In this document: piece by piece, positions 18,259-27,734 of the stretch
Layout of the letters: each line of letters begins with the position of its first letter
How positions within the stretch are numbered: the first letter of the stretch is position 1
Source of the DNA: an uncultured Planctomycetia bacterium
GTDB taxonomy: Bacteria; Omnitrophota; Gorgyraeia; JABMRG01
Reading direction: 5' to 3'
NCBI GenBank assembly: GCA_964634945.1
Contig: CAZWMG010000008.1
Coordinates: 268-64,267 of the forward strand
DNA length: 64,000 bases
Made by a program: the position numbers and the translations under genes
The notes under the pieces: model-generated
The model's input: the letters and a program-made list of their open reading frames with translations, nothing else
The model's database searches: none
Told to the model about the DNA's origin: nothing

Positions 18259-18999
18259 ATGAAAAAAAGATGGATATTAACAGCTTTAATGGTAATTATA
18301 TTTTCATTCTTAGCGCAGGAGGCGGAATGCGGCATTACCTTAAAGGCCTTGGTGGTAAATCCTTCCAAGACAAAGACGCAGACAGCCCAACTTAAGGCCT
18401 ATCTGCCAAAAGAGGCATCTGCGGACGATGTTATCGATTTGGGGGATTTAAAGATAGACTATGATATTGAGAAAGGCCTTTATTTTGTGCATCAGAAATA
18501 CAAGCTTAAACCGGGAGAGAGTATAAGCCGTGAGATAGAGATAAAAGATGTATGGGTGATATCAAAGGCAGAAATAGATGATCTTACCCGCCAGGCAGCG
18601 GATCTAGCCGAAAGGCTTAAAGGTACAGCCTATTTTAATATGGCGGTTACGTTGCAAAAAGATATTGAAAGCAAGGCGGAAGAGATTATGAATAGGCAGG
18701 AAAAGGCCTTAAATGCCAATCCCCGTGCGCATATAGGCGCCTATAGAAGCAATATGAATACGCTTGATGAGACTACGGCCTCTCTGGCAAAATTAGAGAA
18801 GATGGTCGAAGAGCTGCAGGAAGATAAAGGTTCAGGCTCAGAAAAGATTCACGTTAAGGCCACATGGCGGCTCATTGTAGCCATGGTTGTTGCGTTAGGC
18901 GTTCTCTCATTTATATTCTTTGTCATATGGAATCGTCAGGCTGCGGTAGAAGGAGCCAAGCGCAAAGCTGAGCAAGGTGATAAGAAAATTAGCTTCTAA
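18259..18999 (+). CDS. Exported protein with coiled coil and C-terminal TM helix (possible anchor partner of the giant protein)
   Basis: N-terminal signal peptide, helical middle, TM TWRLIVAMVVALGVLSFIFFVIW. Confidence 0.7.
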   Translation: MKKRWILTALMVIIFSFLAQEAECGITLKALVVNPSKTKTQTAQLKAYLPKEASADDVIDLGDLKIDYDIEKGLYFVHQKYKLKPGESISREIEIKDVWVISKAEIDDLTRQAADLAERLKGTAYFNMAVTLQKDIESKAEEIMNRQEKALNANPRAHIGAYRSNMNTLDETTASLAKLEKMVEELQEDKGSGSEKIHVKATWRLIVAMVVALGVLSFIFFVIWNRQAAVEGAKRKAEQGDKKISF

Positions 19000-19037
19000 C
19001 TTTACAAAATAGTGCAATACTCAAAATGTAAAGTTAG
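18996..19037. repeat. REP-like palindrome 5' of RAYT
   Basis: ctaactttaca-aaatagtgcaatactcaaaa-tgtaaagttag (11-bp inverted repeat); near-identical copies at 40119 and 40583. Confidence 0.85.
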
Positions 19038-19067
19038 CGCTTAACTTTACAAATAGGAAAATAGTGC

Positions 19068-19988
19068 ATGGATGTTTCTGACCTGATTAGAAAAGGCAAG
19101 ATTAGCAGGTTATTTCGCGCCAGGAATAAGATCAGTTTTCCCGACGCGATATGTCATATTACCCAGCATGCCGCAGGAAAGGAAAAATTATTTTCAGAAG
19201 ACTCAGATTATTTGTACATGCTGCACCTTCTCAAGGCAGTAGCAGAGAAGTATAAAATCGATATTTTTTCTTTTGCCTTTCTCCCCAACCACTTACACAT
19301 CTTGCTTCAATTATCAGACGACAATCTCTCTTTGGCGATGAAAAGCCTGTTTGAGAGCTATGCTAAGTTTTACAATAATAAATATAACAGGAAAGGCCAT
19401 TTATTCTGCGGCTCATTCAGGCAGGCCCTCTGTTTTAGCGATAGTTATCTTTTGGCCATATCTTTGTATATACACATAAATGCTGTTAAGGCAAGGCTGG
19501 TTAATCGGCCTGAGGATTACCGCTGGTCATCCTGCGCGTTATATTCATCCGCTTTTAATAAAAAGACATTTGTTAACTATAAATTCATTCTAGAGAGCCT
19601 GGATGAGGATTTGGCAAACGCGCGAAAGATCTATTCTGCATTATTGCGTAGCTCAGAAAAGGTAAAAACAGAAGAGGTTAGGGTAGATATCAGGGCATTG
19701 GAATCTTTTAAAACAAGGGCAATGGAGTTTTTTCCGGCTTTAGTAAAGCGTACAGGCAGAGATGCCCCAGGTTTTTTAGAAGATGAGAAATTAGAGGAAG
19801 CGGTGTTGCAATTAAGGCAGATGGGAAGGTTGTCTACTCCTGAGAGCTTTACAGCGCGCAAGAATTTGATTGAGCAACTGAAGGCAAGAGGCTATACAAT
19901 AAAGGTTATAGGCCAAATGCTGGGCATATCCAGACAAGCGATATACAAGACGCTTAAGTTGACAAATTCTGCAATGCACAAAATGTAA
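19068..19988 (+). CDS. REP-associated tyrosine (Y1 HUH) transposase, RAYT/IS200-like, with C-terminal HTH
   Basis: PNHLHILL (HUH), YNRKGHLFCGSF, YIHINAVKARLV..PEDYRWSS; C-terminal IGQMLGISRQAIYK. Confidence 0.88.
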   Translation: MDVSDLIRKGKISRLFRARNKISFPDAICHITQHAAGKEKLFSEDSDYLYMLHLLKAVAEKYKIDIFSFAFLPNHLHILLQLSDDNLSLAMKSLFESYAKFYNNKYNRKGHLFCGSFRQALCFSDSYLLAISLYIHINAVKARLVNRPEDYRWSSCALYSSAFNKKTFVNYKFILESLDEDLANARKIYSALLRSSEKVKTEEVRVDIRALESFKTRAMEFFPALVKRTGRDAPGFLEDEKLEEAVLQLRQMGRLSTPESFTARKNLIEQLKARGYTIKVIGQMLGISRQAIYKTLKLTNSAMHKM

Positions 19989-20052
19989 ACTTAAGCGTTA
20001 AGTTGACAAATTCTGCAATGCACAAAATGTAAACAAAATGTAAAGTTAAGCG
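19952..20052. repeat. Two tandem REP-like palindrome variants 3' of RAYT
   Basis: gcttaagttgacaaattctgcaatgcacaaaatgtaaacttaagc followed by a second copy. Confidence 0.8.
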
Positions 20053-20102
20053 TTAATTTAGTGGCTGAATTAGGATTTAGTGGTTGATTTAGAATTTCGT
20101 AT

Positions 20103-20993
20103 ATGATAAAATTTTACACAGGAGATGATATTATATATAAAATCGGCTTATCCTGCTTATCCGCAGGTATATCACGGGCAAGTCTGCCTGTTTTAAAGCA
20201 AGTAAGCTTAAGGTATAGGGCTAAGATAACGGCAATCTTAGTTATTATGCTATCTTTCGTTATTTTATCTCCTGGTAAAAGCCTTTGCGCGCAGGATGAA
20301 GAGCATAGCGTCAGGAAGAGTAAACATTTTATTGTATATTATAGTGAAGTACCGACAGCATACGCTAGCAAGGTAACCAGAAGCGCGGAGCATTATTACA
20401 AGAGCATTATTAATTATTTAGGCTTTAACAGGTTTAACTTTTGGACATGGGAGAAACGCTGTAAGGTTTATCTATATCCTACTCAAGAGCGATATCAGGA
20501 GGCAACGGACGCGGAGCCCTGGTCAACAGGACGAGTACACGTTACCAAGAAGGAGATATCTACTTATGCGGGGAAGGAAGAGTTCCTAGATTATACGCTT
20601 CCTCATGAGATGGGGCACATAATATTTAGAGAAGCCATAGGAACCGATAAGAGCCTGCCTCTATGGATAGACGAAGGCGTAGCGACATTACAGGAGAAGG
20701 ATAGAGAGAAATACCTGCTAACCGCCAAGATGCTTGTAAAGGAAAAGAACTTTATACCATTAAGCGAGCTCTCGAGTATTAGAGGCTATGATGAGATTTC
20801 GCCGGCTCTTTTTTATAGCGAGTCAGCCAGTATAATGGAGTTTTTAATAGAGAAATTTGGCAAGCGAAAATTTGTTTTATTCTGCCACCGTCTTCGAGAC
20901 GGGGAAGGATGGCAAGAGGCGTTATTGCGTACGTATAAGTTTGAGAATTTGGAAGCATTAGAGCGGGCATGGGTAGAGAGTGTGACAGGTTAG
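20103..20993 (+). CDS. Peptidase MA-like zinc metalloprotease (start uncertain)
   Basis: HEMGH...LPLWIDEGVA...FYSES pattern; N-terminal hydrophobic segment. Confidence 0.75.
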   Translation: MIKFYTGDDIIYKIGLSCLSAGISRASLPVLKQVSLRYRAKITAILVIMLSFVILSPGKSLCAQDEEHSVRKSKHFIVYYSEVPTAYASKVTRSAEHYYKSIINYLGFNRFNFWTWEKRCKVYLYPTQERYQEATDAEPWSTGRVHVTKKEISTYAGKEEFLDYTLPHEMGHIIFREAIGTDKSLPLWIDEGVATLQEKDREKYLLTAKMLVKEKNFIPLSELSSIRGYDEISPALFYSESASIMEFLIEKFGKRKFVLFCHRLRDGEGWQEALLRTYKFENLEALERAWVESVTG

Positions 20994-21120
20994 ATACTAG
21001 ATGCTGGATACTAGATACAAGTAATTTGTATTGTGTATTGAGTGATGCGTATTGCGAAAAATCTTAATGCTATACCTGCCTGCCGGCAGGCAGGCGCGCA
21101 ACGCACGACGCATAACGAAA
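20991..21120. repeat. Composite intergenic repeat: TAGATAC heptamers, TATTGCG/CGCAACG arms and perfect palindrome CCTGCCTGCCGGCAGGCAGG (21075-21094)
   Basis: Read directly from the sequence. Confidence 0.8.
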
Positions 21121-21167
21121 TAAAGGTACAAGGGATAAGTGCAAAAGATAAAGAGGAGATAGGGCAG

Positions 21168-22064
21168 ATGGGCGAAGAATTTAATATGTTGGTGATAGAA
21201 GATGAAGATAGTACATTCAATGTCTTGACCGCGGCATTTAGTGACAAGAAGTATAAGCTCTGGAGGGTAACTACAGGAAAAGAAGCGCTTAATCTGATCA
21301 AGGATATCTATTTTATAGCCGTTATAAGTGAATTACGCATAGCGGATATGGATGGTGTTGAATTTATACAAAAGGCTAAAAAAATAGATTCCCGTACTAA
21401 CGTAATTGTTCTTACGGCTTATTCTTTTGCTGATTCAGCTGTTCAGGCGCTCAAAGCAGGTGCTTACGCGTACGTTTTAAAGCCTCTGAACTTGGAAGAA
21501 CTCAAATTAGTATTAAGGCGATCTATAGAAAATACATGTTTGCTGATACAGGCAGGACGAAAGAAGTATTATCAGGACATGTCCATGTTAGACGGACTAA
21601 CAAGGGTCTATAATCACCGTCATTTTCATGAGGTCCTGGAGTGGCATGTAAACCACATAAGACGGTTTCCGCAGGCCTTCTCCTTGTTTATGATAGATGT
21701 TGATGATTTTAAAAAATATAATGATACCAATGGGCACGTAGAAGGGGACAAGGTCCTGCATAATGTTGCCCAGTTATTAGTGACTCTTACAAGAGACGAT
21801 GATGTAGTCTTTAGATATGGAGGGGAGGAGTTTACCGTGATTATGCCGCAAACGCCCAACCAGCAGGCGCAGATCGCGGGGCAAAGACTAATTGAAGGGG
21901 TAAGGAAACAATCGCCGGTCACGATTAGTCTTGGGCTTAGTACCTTCCCAGATGACGCTCAGGTAAAAAAGGATTTGATTTCGTATGCGGACAAGGCGCT
22001 TTATCGCGCAAAACGATTGGGAAAAGACAGGATGTGTGTCTATGATAAGAATCTGGATCGATGA
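21168..22064 (+). CDS. Response regulator REC-GGDEF diguanylate cyclase
   Basis: ATG 21168 follows gaggag. REC domain, then DGLTRVYNHR, DVDDFKKYND..GH..GD, RDDD I-site, RYGGEEF. Confidence 0.9.
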   Translation: MGEEFNMLVIEDEDSTFNVLTAAFSDKKYKLWRVTTGKEALNLIKDIYFIAVISELRIADMDGVEFIQKAKKIDSRTNVIVLTAYSFADSAVQALKAGAYAYVLKPLNLEELKLVLRRSIENTCLLIQAGRKKYYQDMSMLDGLTRVYNHRHFHEVLEWHVNHIRRFPQAFSLFMIDVDDFKKYNDTNGHVEGDKVLHNVAQLLVTLTRDDDVVFRYGGEEFTVIMPQTPNQQAQIAGQRLIEGVRKQSPVTISLGLSTFPDDAQVKKDLISYADKALYRAKRLGKDRMCVYDKNLDR

Positions 22065-22273
22065 AGATATTTAGTATTATCTTAGTGATGTTAATAAGTA
22101 CATTAGGCCCGTCAGGAGTCATAGCGCTGGTTGGTTATGCCAGCGTAAGAGCCTTAGGCAGAAATCCTTCCGCAGCGCCAAAGATCCTGCTCTCTATGAT
22201 TCTGGCTTTTATGTTTGCGGAGACTATAGCTATCATGGGCCTGCTTATTGTTTATAATTTATTTGGAGGATAA
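22061..22273 (+). CDS. atpE: F-type ATPase c-subunit-like protein (divergent)
   Basis: 70 aa, two TM helices, GRNP loop, conserved FAETIA carboxylate; the GxGxG motif is eroded. Confidence 0.85.
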   Translation: MKIFSIILVMLISTLGPSGVIALVGYASVRALGRNPSAAPKILLSMILAFMFAETIAIMGLLIVYNLFGG

Positions 22274-22277
22274 AATA

Positions 22278-22413
22278 TAAATTCTAAACTCTAAATCCTA
22301 AATTCTAAACAATATCGAATAACCAAAATTTAAATGTTCAAAACAAAGTTTTGAATTTGGAAAATTAGAATTTTGAATTTGTTTAGGATTTAGATATTAG
22401 GATTTAGAACTTA
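22278..22413. repeat. Long imperfect hairpin of inverted heptamer arrays (TAAATTC / GGATTTA)
   Basis: taaattc taaactc taaatcc taaattc taaac ... gttta ggattta gatatta ggattta gaactta. Confidence 0.85.
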
Positions 22414-22436
22414 TTTAAAAGCAAGGAGCTAAAATA

Positions 22437-23171
22437 ATGCCGATTTGGCAGTTGATACTAATACAGTTAGTTACGTTTATCTTTATTATTCTTTTCTTGA
22501 GATGGCTGCTCTCTACCCACATAGGCCATGCTTTAAAAAGGCTGCAGCAGTTGAATCAGCAGAATCTTGAAAAGGAGAAAGCGCTAAAAGAGGAATTAGA
22601 GCGCGCGAAAAGAGAGGTTAAGAGAAAGATCGAAGAAGGCCAGCAACAGGCTGACGAAATAAAAAAGCAAGCACGGGCAGACGCAGAAAAAGATAGAGAA
22701 GGCATATTTAGCAGTGCCAGACAAGAAGCTCAAAGAATGGTTAACGACGCGACAAGAGATTGCCAGAGAAAGAAAGTTGAGCTTACCTCAGAGATGCAGC
22801 AAAAGTCGGTATATTTGGCGACTGATATCATAGGTTATATATTTACAGAACAAAATCAGAAGGATTTGCATCTGAAGCTTATTGACGAGTTAATTGACGA
22901 TATAAAAAAGCTTCAGGAGGATAAGATAAAAGCAGAAGGTGACAAAGCAGAAATTGTCTGTGCCTATGCCTTAAGTGATGGCCAAAGAAAAAAAATGAAA
23001 GAGATATTGTCCTCTAAGATTAAGCGCGACATAGAGTTGATTGAAAGGATAGACAAAGAGATCATAGGGGGACTGGTAGTAAAAATAGGCGGGTTTGTAA
23101 TAGACGGTTCTATAAAAAACAAGCTTAAGAAAATTTTACCAATTTTAAAAGAAAAAGCGAAGACGTTGTAA
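22437..23171 (+). CDS. atpF: F-type ATPase b subunit fused to delta-like domain
   Basis: N-terminal TM, long coiled coil, C-terminal IDKEIIGGLVVKIGGFVIDGSIKNKL (delta/OSCP C-terminal motif). Confidence 0.8.
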   Translation: MPIWQLILIQLVTFIFIILFLRWLLSTHIGHALKRLQQLNQQNLEKEKALKEELERAKREVKRKIEEGQQQADEIKKQARADAEKDREGIFSSARQEAQRMVNDATRDCQRKKVELTSEMQQKSVYLATDIIGYIFTEQNQKDLHLKLIDELIDDIKKLQEDKIKAEGDKAEIVCAYALSDGQRKKMKEILSSKIKRDIELIERIDKEIIGGLVVKIGGFVIDGSIKNKLKKILPILKEKAKTL

Positions 23172-23205
23172 TTCGTTATGCGTCGCGCGCCTGCCCCCCC
23201 GTGCA

Positions 23206-23589
23206 TGTCATTCCTGCGAAAGCAGGAATCCATAGGCACGGGATAAGCTCCAGCAGGAATTCGGAAATAAGATGAAACAGTACTATGTTTACATGCTGGC
23301 AAGCAACAAAAATGGAACACTGTATATTGGCGTTACTAATAACTTGATTAGAAGAATATATGAACATAAAGAAGGTTTAGTAGAAGGCTTTACAAAAAAA
23401 TATAATATAAAACGATTGGTATTTTACGAAGAAACAAATGATGTTGAGAGTGCAATAATTAGAGAGAAGCAGATGAAGAAATGGAAGCGACAATGGAAAA
23501 TTGATTTGATTCAGAAAAATAATTCTGAATGGAAAGATTTGTATAATGAAGTAGTTGGATAGTGGATTCCTGCTTTCGCAGGAATGACA
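23206..23589. mobile_element. GIY-YIG cassette with perfect 27-bp terminal inverted repeats
   Basis: tgtcattcctgcgaaagcaggaatcca (23206-23232) and its exact reverse complement (23563-23589); further related palindromes extend to ~23686. Confidence 0.75.
23272..23562 (+). CDS. Small GIY-YIG nuclease family protein
   Basis: YYVYMLAS..NGTLYIGVTNNLIRRIYEHK..AIIREKQMKKWKRQWK. Confidence 0.92.
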   Translation: MKQYYVYMLASNKNGTLYIGVTNNLIRRIYEHKEGLVEGFTKKYNIKRLVFYEETNDVESAIIREKQMKKWKRQWKIDLIQKNNSEWKDLYNEVVG

Positions 23590-23723
23590 CGGTGTAGGCT
23601 TGCCCCTGTGAAACAGGGGAATGACACGGAGTAGACTTACCTCTGTAAAGCTTGTCCCCGCGAAAGCGGGGAGTAGGGGAATGACACATGTGACAGGCTG
23701 ATTTCTGGCAAAGGGGAAGAAGG

Positions 23724-25196
23724 TTGATGAATAACTTGAAAATAGCATCTTTAGATATAAAGGATACCGGTACGATACGTGAGATCAGAAAAGGTATCGT
23801 CAAGATAGGCGGCCTACCATCATGCATAAATGGTCAGCTTATTGAATTAGGCTCAAACCTGCTTGGTATGATAATTGGTTTTGAAGGAGATGAAGTTTCC
23901 GCGCTGGTTTTAGGTGATGAGACAAAGCTGAATATTGATGGAACTGTTTATGCTGAGCCGGGAGTTTTTGAAATCCCTGTCGGCAATAATTTTATAGGCC
24001 GTGCTGTAAATGCCTTTGCCAGGCCAACAGATGGAAAAGGCAAGATCGAGGAGAGTGATTTTCGCCCTGTTTTCAGAGATGCGCCGGGTGTAATGGATAG
24101 GACCCCCATTGATGAGTCCATGCTTACCGGGATAAAGACTATTGACACGGTTATCCCCCTGGGTAAAGGCCAGAGGGAGCTTATTATCGGCGACAGGGTT
24201 ACAGGAAAGACTACATTGGCATTGGATACGATTCTAAATCAGAAGGGCAAGGATGTGGTTTGCATATTTTGCTGGATAGGAGGAAGCTTTTCGCCGTTTT
24301 TAAAACTTATTCAGCAGATGCATAGAGACGGAGTTCTGGAGTATAGTATTGTTGTCAGTGCCCTTGCCTCTGATTCTCCCGCGGAACAATACATCGCTCC
24401 TTATACCGCTACTACATTAGGAGAGCATTTTATGTACCAGGGTAGAGATGTTTTACTGGTCTTTGATAATCTTACCAGGCATGCATGGGTCTATCGTCAG
24501 TTATCACTTCTTTTGGAGAGGTGCCCGGGAAGAGAAGCGTATCCAGGGGATATATTTTATCTTCATTCCCAGTTGATGGAGAGAGCGGCAAAACTTAATC
24601 AGGATAACGGCGGCGGTTCAATGACATTTTTGCCGATAGTAGAAACGCAGGAAGGCGATGTTACAGGCATTATTCCATCAAACCTTATTTCAATGACCGA
24701 TGGACAGATATATTTAGATACGGGGCTTTTTTACGACGGATTTAAACCAGCTATCGATTTAGGCCTTTCTGTCTCAAGAATAGGCAGCAAGGTCCAGTGT
24801 GAGGCCATAAGAGAAGTATCAGGACAGTTAAAAGCAGAATATGCCCGGTACAAGGAGCTGGCAGGTTTAACGCGCATAAGAACCAAGCTTTCTCAGGAAG
24901 TAGAATTAAAGATAAAAAAAGGAGAGACCTTAACATTCCTTCTTGGCCAGGATAAATCAAGCCCGCTGACAATAGAGGAGATAATCATTGTTTTTTATGC
25001 TTTTGATAAAGGCATTCCCGAAATATTAGATGAGGCAAAAAGAGATAAATTTAAGAATGGTATATATGCGTATATATTAAAGGAGTATCCTGATCTGATA
25101 GGAAAGCTTGCCAGCCAGAAAGCATTGACAGAAGAGATAAAGATTTTATTGGACGAGGCATTCCAGAAATTTTTTACTGAAACCAGTGGCTTGTAA
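23724..25196 (+). CDS. atpA: F1 ATPase alpha subunit (divergent)
   Basis: GQRELIIGDRVTGKT, PGREAYPGDIFYLHSQLMERA, ISMTDGQI. Confidence 0.92.
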   Translation: MMNNLKIASLDIKDTGTIREIRKGIVKIGGLPSCINGQLIELGSNLLGMIIGFEGDEVSALVLGDETKLNIDGTVYAEPGVFEIPVGNNFIGRAVNAFARPTDGKGKIEESDFRPVFRDAPGVMDRTPIDESMLTGIKTIDTVIPLGKGQRELIIGDRVTGKTTLALDTILNQKGKDVVCIFCWIGGSFSPFLKLIQQMHRDGVLEYSIVVSALASDSPAEQYIAPYTATTLGEHFMYQGRDVLLVFDNLTRHAWVYRQLSLLLERCPGREAYPGDIFYLHSQLMERAAKLNQDNGGGSMTFLPIVETQEGDVTGIIPSNLISMTDGQIYLDTGLFYDGFKPAIDLGLSVSRIGSKVQCEAIREVSGQLKAEYARYKELAGLTRIRTKLSQEVELKIKKGETLTFLLGQDKSSPLTIEEIIIVFYAFDKGIPEILDEAKRDKFKNGIYAYILKEYPDLIGKLASQKALTEEIKILLDEAFQKFFTETSGL

Positions 25197-25259
25197 AGAG
25201 TAGGGCCTGTGAGTTTTAAGCAAACGGGAAAAAATTTGTCATAAATGAGAATTTAAACT

Positions 25260-26123
25260 ATGTTTAAATTAAATATGTTACGCAAGGAATTGATTTTTAA
25301 TCAGGACATAGGTGATATAATCAATGTCTTAAAAGGTGTTGCCTCTTCCGAATTTTATCGTCTCCAGAAGGAAAAGAAAAGTTTTGATGAATTTCTGGAT
25401 TATCTCCAGAGATTTTTTAGTATGGTAGATACTACAGGTTTGCGCCATCTTTTATTGGATGATTCTTCTTTGCCACAGGCCTTGGTGCTTATAACATCTG
25501 ATCTGGGTTTTTTGGGAAAGCTCAATGTATCTGTGGTCAATACAGCTTTAGAACAATCCTCAAAAGATGATGAATTGATCGTTGTTGGCAAGCAGGGCAT
25601 CAGATATATAGAGGAGTCAGGCAGAAATTTTACCGCTTTTGAAGGTATCACAGACGAAGTAGAATACAAAGAGGCGGATAAGCTGGCAGATTGTGTTCTT
25701 AAGGGTATTCTGGATAAGAAGTTTTGTAGAACCACTATAATATATCCACACTTTATATCATTTGCTGTTTGGAAAGTACAAACCTATCAGCTTTTTCCGT
25801 GCAGATTTTTATTCCAGGCAGGCACAAAGTCTGGACAGAAGCATGAGGAAGGCAGTATTATTATTGAACCAACTTTAGCAAAGATAGCAGAACGCTTGAT
25901 AAAGATATGGATAAATTATACCTTATACGGGATTTTTTGGGAAAGTAAACTTTCCGAGTGGGCAACGCGCGTTATGCACTTGGAAGGCAGTACGCATGAG
26001 ATTAAACAGATGAACAAGAAATTGCGTTCTCAATATTTTCGTCTTATACATGAAATTAGTGATAAGAATATAAGAGAAATTTTTGCGGCTAGACTTGCCT
26101 TGGAGCAAGAAGCGGTAGCGTGA
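25260..26123 (+). CDS. atpG: F1 ATPase gamma subunit (divergent)
   Basis: LITSDLGFLGKLN, SEWATRVMHL, position between alpha and beta. Confidence 0.82.
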   Translation: MFKLNMLRKELIFNQDIGDIINVLKGVASSEFYRLQKEKKSFDEFLDYLQRFFSMVDTTGLRHLLLDDSSLPQALVLITSDLGFLGKLNVSVVNTALEQSSKDDELIVVGKQGIRYIEESGRNFTAFEGITDEVEYKEADKLADCVLKGILDKKFCRTTIIYPHFISFAVWKVQTYQLFPCRFLFQAGTKSGQKHEEGSIIIEPTLAKIAERLIKIWINYTLYGIFWESKLSEWATRVMHLEGSTHEIKQMNKKLRSQYFRLIHEISDKNIREIFAARLALEQEAVA

Positions 26124-26172
26124 TTCTAGATACTAGATTCTGGATGCAAGATGCTAGGCATAAGGAGCAAGA

Positions 26173-27585
26173 GTGAAGAAGGAAGAAGCGAAAAAGGTAC
26201 AAAAAGGCAAGGTTATCGCGGTCCAGGGGCCTATAGTTATCGTAAGGTTTGAACCTAGCCCCCTAAAGGCCGCTATCTATGATATCTTAGAGACAACGAC
26301 TTACAACGGCCAGAGAGTAGTGCTGGAAGTGGTAGAGTATGTGAGCGAAAAGGCTAATGTTATCAGCAATGTCGTTAAATGTATACCATTAACATCCATC
26401 TTTGGTTTACAGAAAAACGCCGAAGTTTCCAACACAGGTTCTATGATTAATACCCCTGTAGGAGAAAAGGTATGCTCAAGGATATTAAATGTATTAGGTG
26501 AGCCAATAGATAAAAAGGGCCCTATAGACACGAAATTGAAGAGGCCTGTGCGCAGGAGAGAGAGCGCTAGCTTGAATATAGATAAGGCCAGAGAGATGCG
26601 TTTCGAGGTAATGGAGACAGGAGTAAAAGTAATCGATCTTCTCTTCCCATTGGTAAAAGGAGCAAAAACAGGAATATTAGGCGGCGCGGCTCTTGGCAAG
26701 AGCGTATTGATGCTGGAGCTTATGCACAACATTATTAGAAAGCAAAAAGGTTTTTGTGTTTTTACGGGAGCCGGAGAGAGAGTCAGAGAGGGTAACGAGC
26801 TTTATAATGAGATGTTAAAGCAGGATATATTAAGCAGATCGATCCTGGTCTATGGGCAGATGAACGAATCTCCCGGTGCGAGATTTGAGGTCGCCCATAC
26901 CGGCGTTACCTTGGCGGAATATTTTCAAGAGAAAAACGAAGATGTTTTATTCTTTATTGATAGTGTTTATAGATTTGCACAGGCAGGAAGCGAGCTATCT
27001 ACCTTGTTGGGCAGAATCCCTTCTGAAACAGGTTATCAACCCACTTTAACTTCAGAGATGAGTGAATTTCAGGAGAGGATTCGTTCGGGAAGTAACGCGG
27101 CTATTACGGCTATTGAGGCGGTTTATGTTCCGAGTGACGATTTAACAGATCCGGCGGTTGTCTGCATATTTAGCTATTTAGAGTCCATACTTATTCTTTC
27201 TCGTGAATATGTGCAGATGGGTTTTCACCCTGCTATTGATCCCTTGCTATCCTCCAGTTCTTATTTGGATCCGATAATTATAGGCAAGAGGCATTTTAAT
27301 GTTGCGCAGGATGTCCTAAGGATTCTTAATAAATATGAAGAATTAAGAAGGATAGTTTCTATCGTCGGAGTAGAAGAACTTTCAAAGGAAGATAGAATAT
27401 TGTTTGAAAGGGCGCGGAGAATGCAAAATTTTCTTACCCAGCCATTTTTTACCGCGGAACTTTATACAGGTAAGAGTGGAGAGTATGTGTCTTTGGAAGA
27501 AACTTTAATCGGCTGCGAGAAGATAATATCCGGTGAAATGGATAAAAAATTACCCGAAGACCTATACATGATAGGAGCATTATAA
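26173..27585 (+). CDS. atpD: F1 ATPase beta subunit (divergent)
   Basis: GGAALGKS Walker [37 protein letters not shown]. Confidence 0.93.
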   Translation: MKKEEAKKVQKGKVIAVQGPIVIVRFEPSPLKAAIYDILETTTYNGQRVVLEVVEYVSEKANVISNVVKCIPLTSIFGLQKNAEVSNTGSMINTPVGEKVCSRILNVLGEPIDKKGPIDTKLKRPVRRRESASLNIDKAREMRFEVMETGVKVIDLLFPLVKGAKTGILGGAALGKSVLMLELMHNIIRKQKGFCVFTGAGERVREGNELYNEMLKQDILSRSILVYGQMNESPGARFEVAHTGVTLAEYFQEKNEDVLFFIDSVYRFAQAGSELSTLLGRIPSETGYQPTLTSEMSEFQERIRSGSNAAITAIEAVYVPSDDLTDPAVVCIFSYLESILILSREYVQMGFHPAIDPLLSSSSYLDPIIIGKRHFNVAQDVLRILNKYEELRRIVSIVGVEELSKEDRILFERARRMQNFLTQPFFTAELYTGKSGEYVSLEETLIGCEKIISGEMDKKLPEDLYMIGAL

Positions 27586-27716
27586 TTCGTTATGCGTTGT
27601 GCGCCTGCCTATTGGCGAGACAGGTATTGCGCATCATGTAAAATTTTTAACGCAATACACAATACGATATACGCAATACGAATTAAGCACAACACAATAC
27701 ACAATACACAATACGA
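27586..27716. repeat. Heptamer (CGCAATA/CACAATA) array with inverted arm and cctgcc..gacagg palindrome
   Basis: ttcgttatgcgttgtgcg...cgcaatacacaatacgatatacgcaatacgaa...cacaatacacaatacacaatacg; same start as 23172. Confidence 0.75.
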
Positions 27717-27734
27717 AAAAGAGAGAGGCAAACA

